NCBI GenBank assembly: GCA_964638545.1
Contig: CAZXAM010000001.1
Location: forward strand, 83,330 to 147,329
Length of the DNA: 64,000 nucleotides
Reading direction: 5' to 3'
Source of the DNA: an uncultured Rikenellaceae bacterium
GTDB taxonomy: Bacteria > Bacteroidota > Bacteroidia > Bacteroidales > VadinHA17
The translations under genes were made by a program, and so were the position numbers. The notes under the pieces are model-generated. The model ran no database searches and was not told the DNA's origin. It worked only from the letters and a program-made list of their open reading frames with translations. Below are positions 40,801-51,294 of this stretch, one piece after another. Each line of letters starts with the position of its first letter. Positions within the stretch are counted from its first letter, which is position 1.

Positions 40801-42105
40801 TTAATGATCGGTTTTTCTGAAATCTGCTGTTATCTTTCCTTTTGCTTTGGTAAGATCAACTTCTTTTGAGATTCCGTTTACAGTTACCTTGTATTTGCCG
40901 TAAAAGGCCGGAACTGAGAATTTACCTTTTTTGCCTGCAACTCCCGACTCTTTTGTCCACCACTCTTTAAAGATAAGATTTTTGTAAGCTGCTGCTGAGG
41001 GTGTCGGTGTCCAGTCCCGCTTGTAAAGTGATGAAGAAGGGATCCAGTTTGCACCTTCCCAGAAGCCCCACATAATTATGCCTTCGACAGCATGATGCGC
41101 AAAACAGATCCTGTAAAAATCAACTATCTCCTTCGCCTTTGCTTCCTCCTGCTCAGCTGAAAGCTGGCTTTGCTTGTACTTTGAGCGCATTCCCGGGATA
41201 TTAAATTCCGTGATACGAATCGGCAATTTAAAGATTGCCAGAGAATCCAGGCATCTGACGAGTTCCTTACGGTCGAATGTTTCAAGGTAGCTGTGCCCCT
41301 GCACTCCAATCCCGGCAATGGGGACTCCCTGCCTGAGCAATTTCCTTATATGTGCCATATATTCCGGCAGCCCTATACCCAGCGGAGAATCGGAAATCAG
41401 AATATCATAATCATTCACCCATAGTTTTGCACCCGGATCGCCGTTAAGCGCCCATTGCGCCATAAGTTTTGTAATCTCAGGCCCAAGCCGGTCTTCATAG
41501 TAGTTCCCGTGGATCATCTCATTATTGAAGTCGTAATCGGAGAACCGTCCCTTATAGCGCCTTGTGATTGTCTCAGCCCTATCCTGTATTCTTTGCTTTA
41601 GTTCATCATTGCCCATGTCCATAACCCACTGTTGTACATATTGCTGACCGGTGTTTGGCGACTTTACGATCCCCCAGAAGAGGTTATGTCCCCGGAGAGG
41701 CAGATTATTCTTCTCGGTCCAGCTGAGTATTGAATCCACAACTGCGTAATTTACCTTATCCTTCTGCGGTTCCATTATCATCCACTTCAATGCATTTTCG
41801 GTGACAGCTGAATTGAAATTCTCAAGAAATTTCTCCCTGAACATTTTTTGATTGGCTGCCGACATTCCTCCTGCAAAGTTATTTGGTATCGCACACCCGA
41901 ACCAGAATTCATGCCCCAACTGCTCTACAGTTATCCCGGAACCCCTTTTTGCCTTTACTATCAGCTCCCCTTTACGGTATTTCGATATCGAGTCGTTTAT
42001 ACCGGCATATTGGGCTTTTATTTTCTGAGGCCAGGAAAAATATGTCATAAAAATGGCAAGAATGAGAATAAACGCTCTTTTGATTTCCTGGTTATAATTT
42101 TTCAT
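40801..42105 (-). CDS. GH10-like glycoside hydrolase (probable endo-beta-1,4-xylanase) with a C-terminal beta-sandwich-like extension
   Basis: GH10 landmarks are present: ENALKWMIMEP, LRGHNLFWG, the acid/base box DFNNE and the nucleophile box RITEFNI. Confidence 0.65.
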   Translation of the reverse strand: MKNYNQEIKRAFILILAIFMTYFSWPQKIKAQYAGINDSISKYRKGELIVKAKRGSGITVEQLGHEFWFGCAIPNNFAGGMSAANQKMFREKFLENFNSAVTENALKWMIMEPQKDKVNYAVVDSILSWTEKNNLPLRGHNLFWGIVKSPNTGQQYVQQWVMDMGNDELKQRIQDRAETITRRYKGRFSDYDFNNEMIHGNYYEDRLGPEITKLMAQWALNGDPGAKLWVNDYDILISDSPLGIGLPEYMAHIRKLLRQGVPIAGIGVQGHSYLETFDRKELVRCLDSLAIFKLPIRITEFNIPGMRSKYKQSQLSAEQEEAKAKEIVDFYRICFAHHAVEGIIMWGFWEGANWIPSSSLYKRDWTPTPSAAAYKNLIFKEWWTKESGVAGKKGKFSVPAFYGKYKVTVNGISKEVDLTKAKGKITADFRKTDH

Positions 42106-42681
42106 ATTGTCGTTTTTATTCTTTTCCTTTATAAAGATTCCGTAAGTGTCCCTGATGGTCTTTCAAAAATATGTTTTTTATGCCAAAAACTCTCAAACGA
42201 ACTAAACAACCCGTTAACTTTAAATGTAAAAAATACAATTCATTAAAAATTCATCCTTATTTCCTATTAACTACTCATTATGAGGTCTTTAACTAATCAT
42301 TGTAATAAACAGCACCTGCTAATGATCTGAATTTTGACAGAAAAATTGAAGAGAATGACCAATTATTAATAGTTATTTTTTAACGAGGTAAGTATTTTCA
42401 TAGATTATAAATTTTATCAGAGAAGGTTAATTAGTTGGAGATGATCCAACAGGTATTTTCTTTAAATAAATCCGGATTAATCTTTGAAGCTGACGGATAA
42501 GAAAAAGTAAGGAATTAAGATTTGATTTTTCACTGCGAAATATTTTTTTATTAAATAACCCTAAACCTAAAATTTGCATTGCCTATGAAGAGACTTTAAC
42601 ACTGGTAACAGGGGAAAACCTTAATTCCTCTGATCAATTTGAAATTAACTAAAATTTTAACCTAATCTAAACCTTTTAAGT

Positions 42682-45600
42682 ATGGAGAAACATAATTTGT
42701 TATGGCCTTCAAACAGATTCTCAGGAAAACTGATCACTACAATCGCTGTTGTTATGATCTGTTTTTCCGATCTGTTCGCTGTGCCTGGCGATCCTGTGAC
42801 TGCAGGTGCTTATGGTAGCAATCAGCAGCAGCTGACTGTTGCAGGAAAGATCACTGATGCCTCAACCGGTGAAGCATTAGCTGGTGTTAACGTTGTTGTG
42901 GAAGGCACAACAATAGGCACCACATCCGATGTTAACGGGGCATATTCACTGCCCGGCGTTAATCGTAATGCCAGTCTTTCATTCTCATTCATCGGGTATG
43001 TAAAGCAGGTTGTTCAGGTATCAGGCAGAACGGTAATCAATGTAGTTCTTACTGCTGAGATTACCGGGCTCGAAGAAGTAGTTGTAATCGGCTACGGAAC
43101 TCAGAAGAAAGAGACATTAACCGGCTCGGTTGCTGCTATTAAGTCGGATCAGATCCTGTCCACAAAAAGTCTTAGCCTTGCAAGTAACATCCAGGGTAAG
43201 ATACCAGGGGTTCAGATCCGTCAGCAGACTGGTCAGCCCGGAACTTTCAACAGCCGTATCAGTGTTAGGGGATTTGGCGAACCTCTTCTGGTTATCGACG
43301 GCGTCGTACGCGACCAGATGGATGATTTTGAAAGGCTGAATCCGGAAGACATCGAGACCATCTCTGTTCTTAAGGATGCTTCTGCGTCCATATATGGCCT
43401 TGGCGCTGCAAACGGAGTTTTTATCGTAACAACAAAGAAGGGATTTGCAGGAAAAACAGAGTTTTCTCTCAATACAATGTATTCTGTTAAACAACCTACA
43501 AACGACTGGTCTGTCATAAACGTAGACGCCTATACAATGCGCTACATGTGGAATGAAATGAGCAGGAACTCGGAAAGCTCATCCAATATAACCAGTCCTG
43601 AAGAGCTTGCAAAATGGAAAGCCGGCACCGAAAAGTATTATACCGATTATAACTGGTGGGATAACCTTGTAAGGAAAAACGTCAATTCAAGTGAAATTAC
43701 CTTCAATGCCAGGGGAGGTAATGAGCAGATCACCTTCTTCTCAAGCTTTGGTTATAATAATGACGGCGGATACTTCAAGAATAATGAGCTTTTGCAATAT
43801 GACAGGTACACTTTCCGTACAAATGTTGAAGCAAAGCTGGCCAAGGGTTTGAAGATGGGTGTCAATGTTTACGGCAGATATGAAAATACGCTCAGCCCCA
43901 CAAGAGGAACAAGTTGGACATTCAAGCGTATAATTACGAATGACCGAGGTATAGGCCCCTTCACACTCGACGGTAATAACAATTACACACAGGTTCCTTC
44001 GGAAAACACTAACGTTTTTGCTGAGCTTTCGAGAGACGCATCAGGTTATGTACAATCCCTGAAATTACAGTATCAGACTACCGTTAATATCAATTATGAA
44101 CTCCCCTTCCTTAAAGGTTTATCAGTTGGGGCACAGATTGCATACGACGGACAGGTTAACGAAGGCAGGAATCTGAATGTGAATTTCTTATTATACGATT
44201 ATGTTACCGGACTTCCAAAGTCAGCATCAGTAGCTCCCACAAAATTTACAAATTCGTTCGATACCTATACCAGGAAGGATCTTCAGGCAAATATGACCTT
44301 CAGAAGAACTTTTGGTTCGCACAATATCGGAGCAAATTTTGTTTACCAGTTAAGGAGGATCGACAATAACAATCTTTCGGGAGTAAGGCAGTTCGATGAT
44401 CTCTACACCAAGGATATACTAAACCAGGCCAGCCTTACGGGCCAGTCAACAGCCGGGTCACGATCGGAAGCAGCATATATATCCTATATAGGCAGGTTCA
44501 ACTACGACTACAAATCCAAATACCTGCTTGAGTTCAGCTTCAGGGAGGACGGATCGTACAGGTATTCTCCCGCCCAGAGATGGGGATTCTTCCCTTCTGT
44601 TCAGGCAGCATGGAGGATCGGGCAGGAACCATTCATCAAGAACGCTCTCCCCATGGTTTCAGACCTTAAACTAAGAGCGACATGGGGCAAGTCAGGAAAT
44701 GATGCCGGAAGTGCATTCCAGTATTATGAAGGATACACCTGGAGCGGCGTCAGCGGCGGTTTTATATTTGCAGACGGTATCCTTACCAAAGGCATGGTCC
44801 CTCCCGGAATTGTTAATGATAATCTTACCTGGGTCGGTACAACTCAAAAAGACGTGGGTATTGACGTTGAACTGTGGAAAGGAAAACTGGGATTTACATT
44901 CGATTTTTTCAGAAGGAATTTGGTCGGCGAGCTCGGAACCCGCGCCTCCTCTCTGCCCAACACATTCGGTGCAAGCTTCCCGCAGGAGAATCTCAACAGC
45001 AGTTTCAATCAGGGATACGACTTAATGCTTACTCATCGCAATACCATAAAGAAGTTCAATTACGGTTTCAACGCAACATTAGGTTACAGCCGCACGTATC
45101 TTACTCATCGTGAGCGCACTGCGAATCAGAGTACCTGGGATGTCTGGAAGAACGGAAATGATACATATGATGATAAGGGACGTATCCAGGGAAGAGCGTT
45201 TATTAATGAGAGAGATGGTATCTATACAACTCTTGAAGAGATGGAGACAGCTCCTCTCGCTGGCGGAACCCTCGGTAACTATATGATGCTGCCCGGTATG
45301 GACAGGATCAAAGATACTGACGGCGATGGAAGGATAAGCGGTGGCGATGACCAGCTGCCTATATCCTGGTCGGCTCAGGGAACTAACCCTCCGTTGCAGT
45401 TCGGAGCAGGCCTGAATGCCAACTACATGGGTTTTGATGTAGTTATCAATATGGCAGGATCGTCCCTGTTTACAATGGGCAAGAGCAGAGGTGACCAGTG
45501 GGGTTATGGAACTCAATACAGGTTCTTCCTTGCAGAATATATGGACCGCTGGCATACAGCAAATGATACAGACAATCCGCGTGATCCTGCAACAGTATGG

Positions 45601-45915
45601 ATACCCGGCAAATGGGAAGCTCTTACAATTAACGGGAACAATACGACAACCGGAACCACCACTGATAAATGGAGAATGGATGCAACCTATTTAAGGATAA
45701 AGACCGTTGAACTTGGTTACAATGTTCCTTCGAGATTTGTAAAAGTTGTAGGACTTAAAGGTGTAAGGGTTTACGTTAACGGCTATAACCTGGTTACTTT
45801 CTGCAAAGATTTTCTTAAGGACATGGACCCTGAAAGGGATGAAGGATCATACGGTGCAGGAAATACATATCCCATCATGAGATCATTTAACATGGGTCTG
45901 AACATTAAATTCTAA
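42682..45915 (+). CDS. SusC/RagA-family TonB-dependent outer-membrane transporter
   Basis: Carboxypeptidase-regulatory-like N-domain (VAGKITDASTGEALAGVNVVVEGTTIGTTSDVNGAYSL), plug (VVVIGYGTQKKETLTGSV), a long barrel, and the C-terminal MGLNIKF. Immediately followed by a SusD gene. Confidence 0.92.
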   Translation: MEKHNLLWPSNRFSGKLITTIAVVMICFSDLFAVPGDPVTAGAYGSNQQQLTVAGKITDASTGEALAGVNVVVEGTTIGTTSDVNGAYSLPGVNRNASLSFSFIGYVKQVVQVSGRTVINVVLTAEITGLEEVVVIGYGTQKKETLTGSVAAIKSDQILSTKSLSLASNIQGKIPGVQIRQQTGQPGTFNSRISVRGFGEPLLVIDGVVRDQMDDFERLNPEDIETISVLKDASASIYGLGAANGVFIVTTKKGFAGKTEFSLNTMYSVKQPTNDWSVINVDAYTMRYMWNEMSRNSESSSNITSPEELAKWKAGTEKYYTDYNWWDNLVRKNVNSSEITFNARGGNEQITFFSSFGYNNDGGYFKNNELLQYDRYTFRTNVEAKLAKGLKMGVNVYGRYENTLSPTRGTSWTFKRIITNDRGIGPFTLDGNNNYTQVPSENTNVFAELSRDASGYVQSLKLQYQTTVNINYELPFLKGLSVGAQIAYDGQVNEGRNLNVNFLLYDYVTGLPKSASVAPTKFTNSFDTYTRKDLQANMTFRRTFGSHNIGANFVYQLRRIDNNNLSGVRQFDDLYTKDILNQASLTGQSTAGSRSEAAYISYIGRFNYDYKSKYLLEFSFREDGSYRYSPAQRWGFFPSVQAAWRIGQEPFIKNALPMVSDLKLRATWGKSGNDAGSAFQYYEGYTWSGVSGGFIFADGILTKGMVPPGIVNDNLTWVGTTQKDVGIDVELWKGKLGFTFDFFRRNLVGELGTRASSLPNTFGASFPQENLNSSFNQGYDLMLTHRNTIKKFNYGFNATLGYSRTYLTHRERTANQSTWDVWKNGNDTYDDKGRIQGRAFINERDGIYTTLEEMETAPLAGGTLGNYMMLPGMDRIKDTDGDGRISGGDDQLPISWSAQGTNPPLQFGAGLNANYMGFDVVINMAGSSLFTMGKSRGDQWGYGTQYRFFLAEYMDRWHTANDTDNPRDPATVWIPGKWEALTINGNNTTTGTTTDKWRMDATYLRIKTVELGYNVPSRFVKVVGLKGVRVYVNGYNLVTFCKDFLKDMDPERDEGSYGAGNTYPIMRSFNMGLNIKF

Positions 45916-45926
45916 AAACTACTGAT

Positions 45927-47924
45927 ATGAGAAAAGGTTTAATATATATTGCAGTTACAGCATTTCTCCTTGGCCTGGGCTCATGTAAGGATTTCCTTGC
46001 GCTTGAACCTTTGGATAAGGTGTCTGCTGAAAACCTGTTAGCAACCTCGGCAGGGGTGAAAACCCTGATGGCAACCCTGTACAACCAGATGCCTATGGAA
46101 GATTTTTCCTTCAACCCGGGAAGCGGATTCAACCAGCACCCCGGTGTGGGTAGCGGAGGCGCAGGCGACGGAGGATGGAGCCTGGCTTCAAATACCGATG
46201 AAGCAATTATTTGGGGCCCCAACAATTATAACTCCAGCCCTACGTCAGGAATTACAGGCACCTGGGATTACACAGGGATCAGGTATATAAACCGGTTCCT
46301 GGAGATAATTGAAAGTCTTAAGGCCGCCAACAAGCTTTCCGAAGCTGATTATAAGCAGCTGTTTGGCGAAGCCCATTTTTTAAGGGCTTGGAAATATTAC
46401 TCAATGGTACAGCGCTACGGAGGCGTTCCCATAATTGATGTGGTCCAGCCATTGCCAGCATCCGACGTTACTGAAGTCATGGTTCCCCGCTCTACAGAAA
46501 AGGCAACCTGGGATTTCGTGCTCACCGAACTCGATCTGGCAATCGCAAACCTGCCGGTCGACAGGCCGTCGAACGGAATGTACAGGGCCACAAAATGGGT
46601 AGCACTCTCTCTTAAATCGAGAGTTGCCCTCTATGCAGCTTCGGTAGCCAAACACTGGAACAAGGCTCCTCTGACCGGTGCGGCCGTTGATGCCAAGCTG
46701 GTAGGCGGAATGACGACATCTGATGCCAACGCTTATTACCTGGCATGCATTAATGCTTCGAAAGAGATCATGGATAATACATCTTTCTCCCTTTACCAGC
46801 CTAATCCGGCAAATAAAGCGGCAGCAGCCAAGAATTACCAGGATATGTTCGAATTTGCATCGTTTGCCAATCCTGAAATGATCTACATCAAACCCTATAT
46901 CGACGGTGCATCAAACAGCGGTCAGGGTCACGTTACAGATTTCTGGTTTACCCCGAAACAGCTCTGCTACCATACTCTTTATATGTCGTCAAGATGGAGT
47001 ACTACCCTCGATGCTGTTGATTGGTATGAAGATTACACCGACGACGGTACAGGGGCAAGCGCTCCGGTAAAGACGCGTGTTGATGGTGTTGAGAATTATG
47101 TTATTCCCAATCCAAAATCTATCACCGGTTTTGACCCGGCTAATTACGTACATTATACCACTCAGTATGGACCTTTTGTCGATAAGGATGTAAGGCTGAC
47201 CGCAAGCGTACTGCTTCCGGGATCAACTTTAAAAGGCACTCTTATCAATATGCAGGGTGGTATGGTCAAACCTGACGGATCCTATCTTGTTTATACTGAC
47301 GGCAATGTTGAAAAAGACGGTGTTACATATTACGCATTCGGGTCAGATAACATAAGCGGCTATTCAGCTTTTGGAGCTCTTGGCACTGCACAGGATAATT
47401 ACAGCAATACGGGATTCGCGCTCAGAAAATACCTTCAGGATTCCAAGACTGTCACAAACCTCGGTCTGTACGGCTCAACTCAGCCATGGGTTGAAATGCG
47501 TCTTGCCGAGATCTATCTCAACTATGCTGAAGCCGTTGCTGAAAGCGGCCAGGGTGATGCCACACTTGCTGCCACATGCCTGAATGCGATCCGCAAAAGG
47601 GCTGCCCATACAGACAATATCCCTCTTACACTTGAAAACGTACTGAAAGAGAGACGGGTTGAATTGTTATTTGAGGGTAAGCGCTACTGGGATCTCAGAC
47701 GCAGAAGGGACTTCCACGAAAGGTTTAGTGGCAACACATGCAGGTATTCGCTCATCCCGATGATCGACCTCACTGTGACTCCTCCGACATATATTTTCAT
47801 ACGTGCTCAGAACTACTACGACCAGAGAGCAAATGGATTTGAATTCGTGGAGAGAAGTTACTACGAGTCGATTCCGGGAACTGCAGGGAATAAGTTGATT
47901 CAGAACCCTGAATATGCTAAGTAA
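45927..47924 (+). CDS. SusD/RagB-family outer-membrane nutrient-binding lipoprotein
   Basis: Lipoprotein signal LLGLGSC. SusD hallmarks are present: EAHFLRAWKYYSMVQRYGGVPI, …RLAEIYLNYAEA…, ERRVELLFEGKRYWDLRR. Confidence 0.92.
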   Translation: MRKGLIYIAVTAFLLGLGSCKDFLALEPLDKVSAENLLATSAGVKTLMATLYNQMPMEDFSFNPGSGFNQHPGVGSGGAGDGGWSLASNTDEAIIWGPNNYNSSPTSGITGTWDYTGIRYINRFLEIIESLKAANKLSEADYKQLFGEAHFLRAWKYYSMVQRYGGVPIIDVVQPLPASDVTEVMVPRSTEKATWDFVLTELDLAIANLPVDRPSNGMYRATKWVALSLKSRVALYAASVAKHWNKAPLTGAAVDAKLVGGMTTSDANAYYLACINASKEIMDNTSFSLYQPNPANKAAAAKNYQDMFEFASFANPEMIYIKPYIDGASNSGQGHVTDFWFTPKQLCYHTLYMSSRWSTTLDAVDWYEDYTDDGTGASAPVKTRVDGVENYVIPNPKSITGFDPANYVHYTTQYGPFVDKDVRLTASVLLPGSTLKGTLINMQGGMVKPDGSYLVYTDGNVEKDGVTYYAFGSDNISGYSAFGALGTAQDNYSNTGFALRKYLQDSKTVTNLGLYGSTQPWVEMRLAEIYLNYAEAVAESGQGDATLAATCLNAIRKRAAHTDNIPLTLENVLKERRVELLFEGKRYWDLRRRRDFHERFSGNTCRYSLIPMIDLTVTPPTYIFIRAQNYYDQRANGFEFVERSYYESIPGTAGNKLIQNPEYAK

Positions 47925-47948
47925 CATTAATCTGTAAAATATATAGAT

Positions 47949-48722
47949 ATGAAAAAAATATTCTATCTGATTTTCATTGTAGGATCCTTTCTATTCTCCG
48001 CCACTTCGTGCAAGGTAGATAACTATCCGGAACCTGATGCCCAGGTTTACGGGGGGATCCGGGATATTGTTGGAGGAGGCCTTGTTGAGACTGACATGAA
48101 TTCAGGCTCTATGATCGGCGTTCGGGAGCTGGGCCAATACAAAGATAACCCCACGCGTAAGACCTGGTATATAAAACAGAATGGCGAATACCGGAAGAAC
48201 CTTGTCTATTCAAATGAATACCAGTTTGATTTTACAAGCTGTAACTTTTTCCCGTTTGAAGTGCTCAAAACTATTAAACCAGGGGAAAATCTGGTGGACT
48301 TCACAGTTACGCCATTCATCCGCATCAAGAATCTTCAAATTACTCATGATGCAGCAGCGAACAAGGTCAATGCCACTTTCACCATTGAAGGCGGAGCGCC
48401 GGAGGTTAAGGTCCAGTGGGTTACCCTGTACGCCTGGACCGATATGTATGTTGGCGAATATGTTAAAAAGACCCTTGCTGCGGGTACAGGTCAGCCTAAA
48501 AGGAGTTTCTCCGGAGCTGCGCAGACAATCAACACGGCAACAGTTTACAATTTGTCGATTGACCTGGCTGCAAATAATAATGACACAAGGAATGGATTCG
48601 GCATAAAGAGGAATTACTATTTCAGGGTTGGCGCACTGGCAACTGGCCTTACCGGCGTCGGCACGATCAGGCCAAACTATGCTCCTTATGTTGTATTTAA
48701 TATTGATCTTCCTAACCCGTAG
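47949..48722 (+). CDS. PUL-associated surface lipoprotein, DUF3823-like
   Basis: Signal FSATSC followed by KVDNYPEPDAQVYGGIRD, as I recall for DUF3823 proteins encoded after SusD genes. This is a call from memory, not a search. Confidence 0.5.
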   Translation: MKKIFYLIFIVGSFLFSATSCKVDNYPEPDAQVYGGIRDIVGGGLVETDMNSGSMIGVRELGQYKDNPTRKTWYIKQNGEYRKNLVYSNEYQFDFTSCNFFPFEVLKTIKPGENLVDFTVTPFIRIKNLQITHDAAANKVNATFTIEGGAPEVKVQWVTLYAWTDMYVGEYVKKTLAAGTGQPKRSFSGAAQTINTATVYNLSIDLAANNNDTRNGFGIKRNYYFRVGALATGLTGVGTIRPNYAPYVVFNIDLPNP

Positions 48723-48795
48723 GCCATAAGATCAGAGTCTTTAACTGACATCTGATATGTCTTAAACAAACACTGTTAAAGACACGATACCATGA

Positions 48796-48838
48796 ACAGG
48801 CAGTGCAACTATAAATCAACGCACTGCCTGTTTTTTTT
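48796..48838 (+). terminator. Rho-independent terminator after the SusC/SusD/DUF3823 unit
   Basis: ACAGGCAGTGC-14 nt-GCACTGCCTGT followed by TTTTTTTT. Confidence 0.8.
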
Positions 48839-48860
48839 AACAAAATAACCTGAACCAACA

Positions 48861-50984
48861 ATGTGCAAATTGAACTTAAAAACAGTAATTCTGCTTGTTG
48901 CAGTAATGATGATTGCCGGCATTTCATGCAATCAGGTATCCAACAACAAAACAGGCAGTGCGGAGACTTTTTCCGTCAGGATAACGGACAGTCCGACGAC
49001 ATTCTGCAATCCTATCCCTCTGATAGTAGGCTCCGAAAGAGCCCGCAGGGCGGGGGAACCGGTTGTAGTACTCTACAAGGATGATTATTACCTGTTTGTT
49101 ACAGGGGGCAGGGGATACTGGTATTCAGCCAACCTCAGGGACTGGACATATGTCAGCGTCCCTGATTTTGTAAGAGGTGTTCCGGGAGCTGCAACTGACG
49201 GTGAAACCATGTATGCCTGTGGAATGAATGCAAAAGAGGTTTTCGCAAGTACGGATCCTAAAAGCGGTGTATGGAAACAGATTGGCACTTTTGACAGCGA
49301 CAGATATGGAGACGCTGATATCTTTATCGATGACGACGGACGATTCTATATGTATTGGGGCTGGTCACAAATATTGCCATTTCAGGTCGTTGAACTCGAT
49401 CCGAAGAATGGTTTCAAGGAAAAAGGAGAACCTGCAATATGTTTCTTCGGCGATTATGAAAATCACGGATTTGAGCGAAGAAGGGACGAGGATGTTATAT
49501 TTCCGTATTTTACTCACCGGCCTTACTTCCCTGAAGAATCACCATGGATCGAAGGACCATGGATGGTAAAATACAAAGGTAAATACTACCTGCAATATGC
49601 CGCAATAGGTCTCGAGTTTTCTTCATATTCTCACGGAGTGTATGTTTCTGACAGCCCGATGGGGCCTTTTAAATATTCCCAGCATAACCCGCTTACCTTT
49701 AAAACATCCGGATATGTCCTGGGTGCCGGTCATGGAAGCACCTTTCAGGACAAAAACGGGCAGTTCTGGACCATCTGCATGATCCCTGCATTCTATGGAG
49801 GCAGAGGAGGCGGAGAGATGGTGATATTCCCTTCAAATGTTGATGCTGAAGGGGTGATGTACTCCAATACCGCATTCGGCGATTATCCTCAGTATTACCC
49901 CGGCATAAAAGAAAATGCCGTTGACAACAACTTTACAGGCTGGATGCTTTTGTCTCATAAAAAATTTGTGGAAGTTTCGTCCACACTCCAGGGCTTTGGA
50001 CCGGCTGACGCTGTTGATGAAAATTTTATGACCCACTGGTGTGCTGCATCCGGGGATCCGGGCGAATACCTGACGGTGGATCTTGGAAAGGAATGCGACA
50101 TCCGTGCCATGCAGGTAAATTTTGACAGGCAGGATCCAAAAGTTGAAGTTGGCCGCGGCTTTGCCATGCCCGCCCCGATAAGCCGGTATCAGTCATATAC
50201 AGTGGAAGTTTCTGATAACAATGCAGATTGGACCATGCTGATTGATAAAAGCAACAACACAGCCGACAACAGGCATGATTATACTGAACTTTCAAAACCG
50301 GTAAAAGCAAGGTATGTCAAAGTGACCAACGTGTTTACCCACGATGAAGGGAAATTTGCAATTCAGGAGCTGCGCGTTTTCGGAAATCCCGACAAGGCAA
50401 AATTTACGAAAGTGACCGACATGCTGGTTGCACGTAACCCTGAAGACAGGCGCGATGCAACGATCACCTGGAAACCTGTTGAAGGAGCCGATGGTTACGT
50501 TGTCAGGTATGGCATTGAACCAGGAAAACTTTATAATAATTACATGGTTTATGATGATTTTACAATCACCATCCACAGCCTGAACAAGGATCCCGAGTAT
50601 TATTTTGAGGTCGAAGCTTTCGACAGCGGAACAGATTATTACAGGGAGAGGACGGAACAGACAATGGGCAGAGGTGCGGAAATTGAACTTGCCCTGGGCA
50701 GGAATATGATTGAAAGAAAAATGATCAAAGAAGGATTGAACGAGTATGTTTTTGACAGCATAACGCCCGGCGAATATACATTCCGACACACTTTCGGTCC
50801 CGTATTGTGGAGAGGAGAGCTGACAAAGGACAATTTGATAGGGACTGGTGATCAGGCTACAGTAACTGATACGCTAACTGCTCTTGGAGTCGGAACCAAA
50901 GTGACCGGACAGATGGAGATGAAGGTCCTGCCCGGAAAAGAATTCGGGAAGTTTGTTGTGATACTGAACTACTTTAAAAAATAA
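48861..50984 (+). CDS. GH43 glycoside hydrolase (xylosidase/arabinofuranosidase type) + F5/8-type-C (CBM32-like) + FN3-like domains
   Basis: Lipoprotein signal MMIAGISC. GH43 blades are recognisable (EPVVVLYKDDYYLFVTGG, DADIFIDDDGRFYMYWG, IEGPWMVKYKGKYYLQYAA). A discoidin-like region (AVDENFMTHWCAASGDPGEYLTVDLGKECDIRAMQVNF) and an FN3-like region (ITWKPVEGADGYVVRYG) follow. Confidence 0.8.
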   Translation: MCKLNLKTVILLVAVMMIAGISCNQVSNNKTGSAETFSVRITDSPTTFCNPIPLIVGSERARRAGEPVVVLYKDDYYLFVTGGRGYWYSANLRDWTYVSVPDFVRGVPGAATDGETMYACGMNAKEVFASTDPKSGVWKQIGTFDSDRYGDADIFIDDDGRFYMYWGWSQILPFQVVELDPKNGFKEKGEPAICFFGDYENHGFERRRDEDVIFPYFTHRPYFPEESPWIEGPWMVKYKGKYYLQYAAIGLEFSSYSHGVYVSDSPMGPFKYSQHNPLTFKTSGYVLGAGHGSTFQDKNGQFWTICMIPAFYGGRGGGEMVIFPSNVDAEGVMYSNTAFGDYPQYYPGIKENAVDNNFTGWMLLSHKKFVEVSSTLQGFGPADAVDENFMTHWCAASGDPGEYLTVDLGKECDIRAMQVNFDRQDPKVEVGRGFAMPAPISRYQSYTVEVSDNNADWTMLIDKSNNTADNRHDYTELSKPVKARYVKVTNVFTHDEGKFAIQELRVFGNPDKAKFTKVTDMLVARNPEDRRDATITWKPVEGADGYVVRYGIEPGKLYNNYMVYDDFTITIHSLNKDPEYYFEVEAFDSGTDYYRERTEQTMGRGAEIELALGRNMIERKMIKEGLNEYVFDSITPGEYTFRHTFGPVLWRGELTKDNLIGTGDQATVTDTLTALGVGTKVTGQMEMKVLPGKEFGKFVVILNYFKK

Positions 50985-51035
50985 CAGAACTTCTGCTTTT
51001 ATGATTAACGAAGGCGTCTCAAAAGAAAAAATCCA

Positions 51036-51178
51036 TTAACCGCAAAGGTCGCAAAGATCTAACGCAAAGACCGCAAAGTATTATTTACCTACTTCTTAGC
51101 TTTGCGTTCTTTGCGTGGATCTACCCGCCGGATCCGCCAGCCGGCGGAGCAGGCGGGCTTAGCGCACTTTGCGGTTAA
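51036..51178. repeat. Inverted cluster of CGCAAAG / CTTTGCG heptamer words with an embedded GC hairpin
   Basis: The forward words are TTAACCGCAAAGgtCGCAAAGatctaaCGCAAAGacCGCAAAG. The inverted words are CTTTGCGttCTTTGCGtggatc … CTTTGCGGTTAA. The inner hairpin is CCCGCCggaTCCGCC-AGCC-GGCGGAgcaGGCGGG. Lies between the convergent GH43 and GH10 genes. Confidence 0.8.
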
Positions 51179-51294
51179 AATTGGCTTTTAATTCACCTTC
51201 TCTTTCTTCACAACTCATTATTATATCTTTTCCCGAGAACAATCTTATCTCCGGAATCATCAAGCTTATGGATCTCCGCAGCTGCTCCAGGGAG

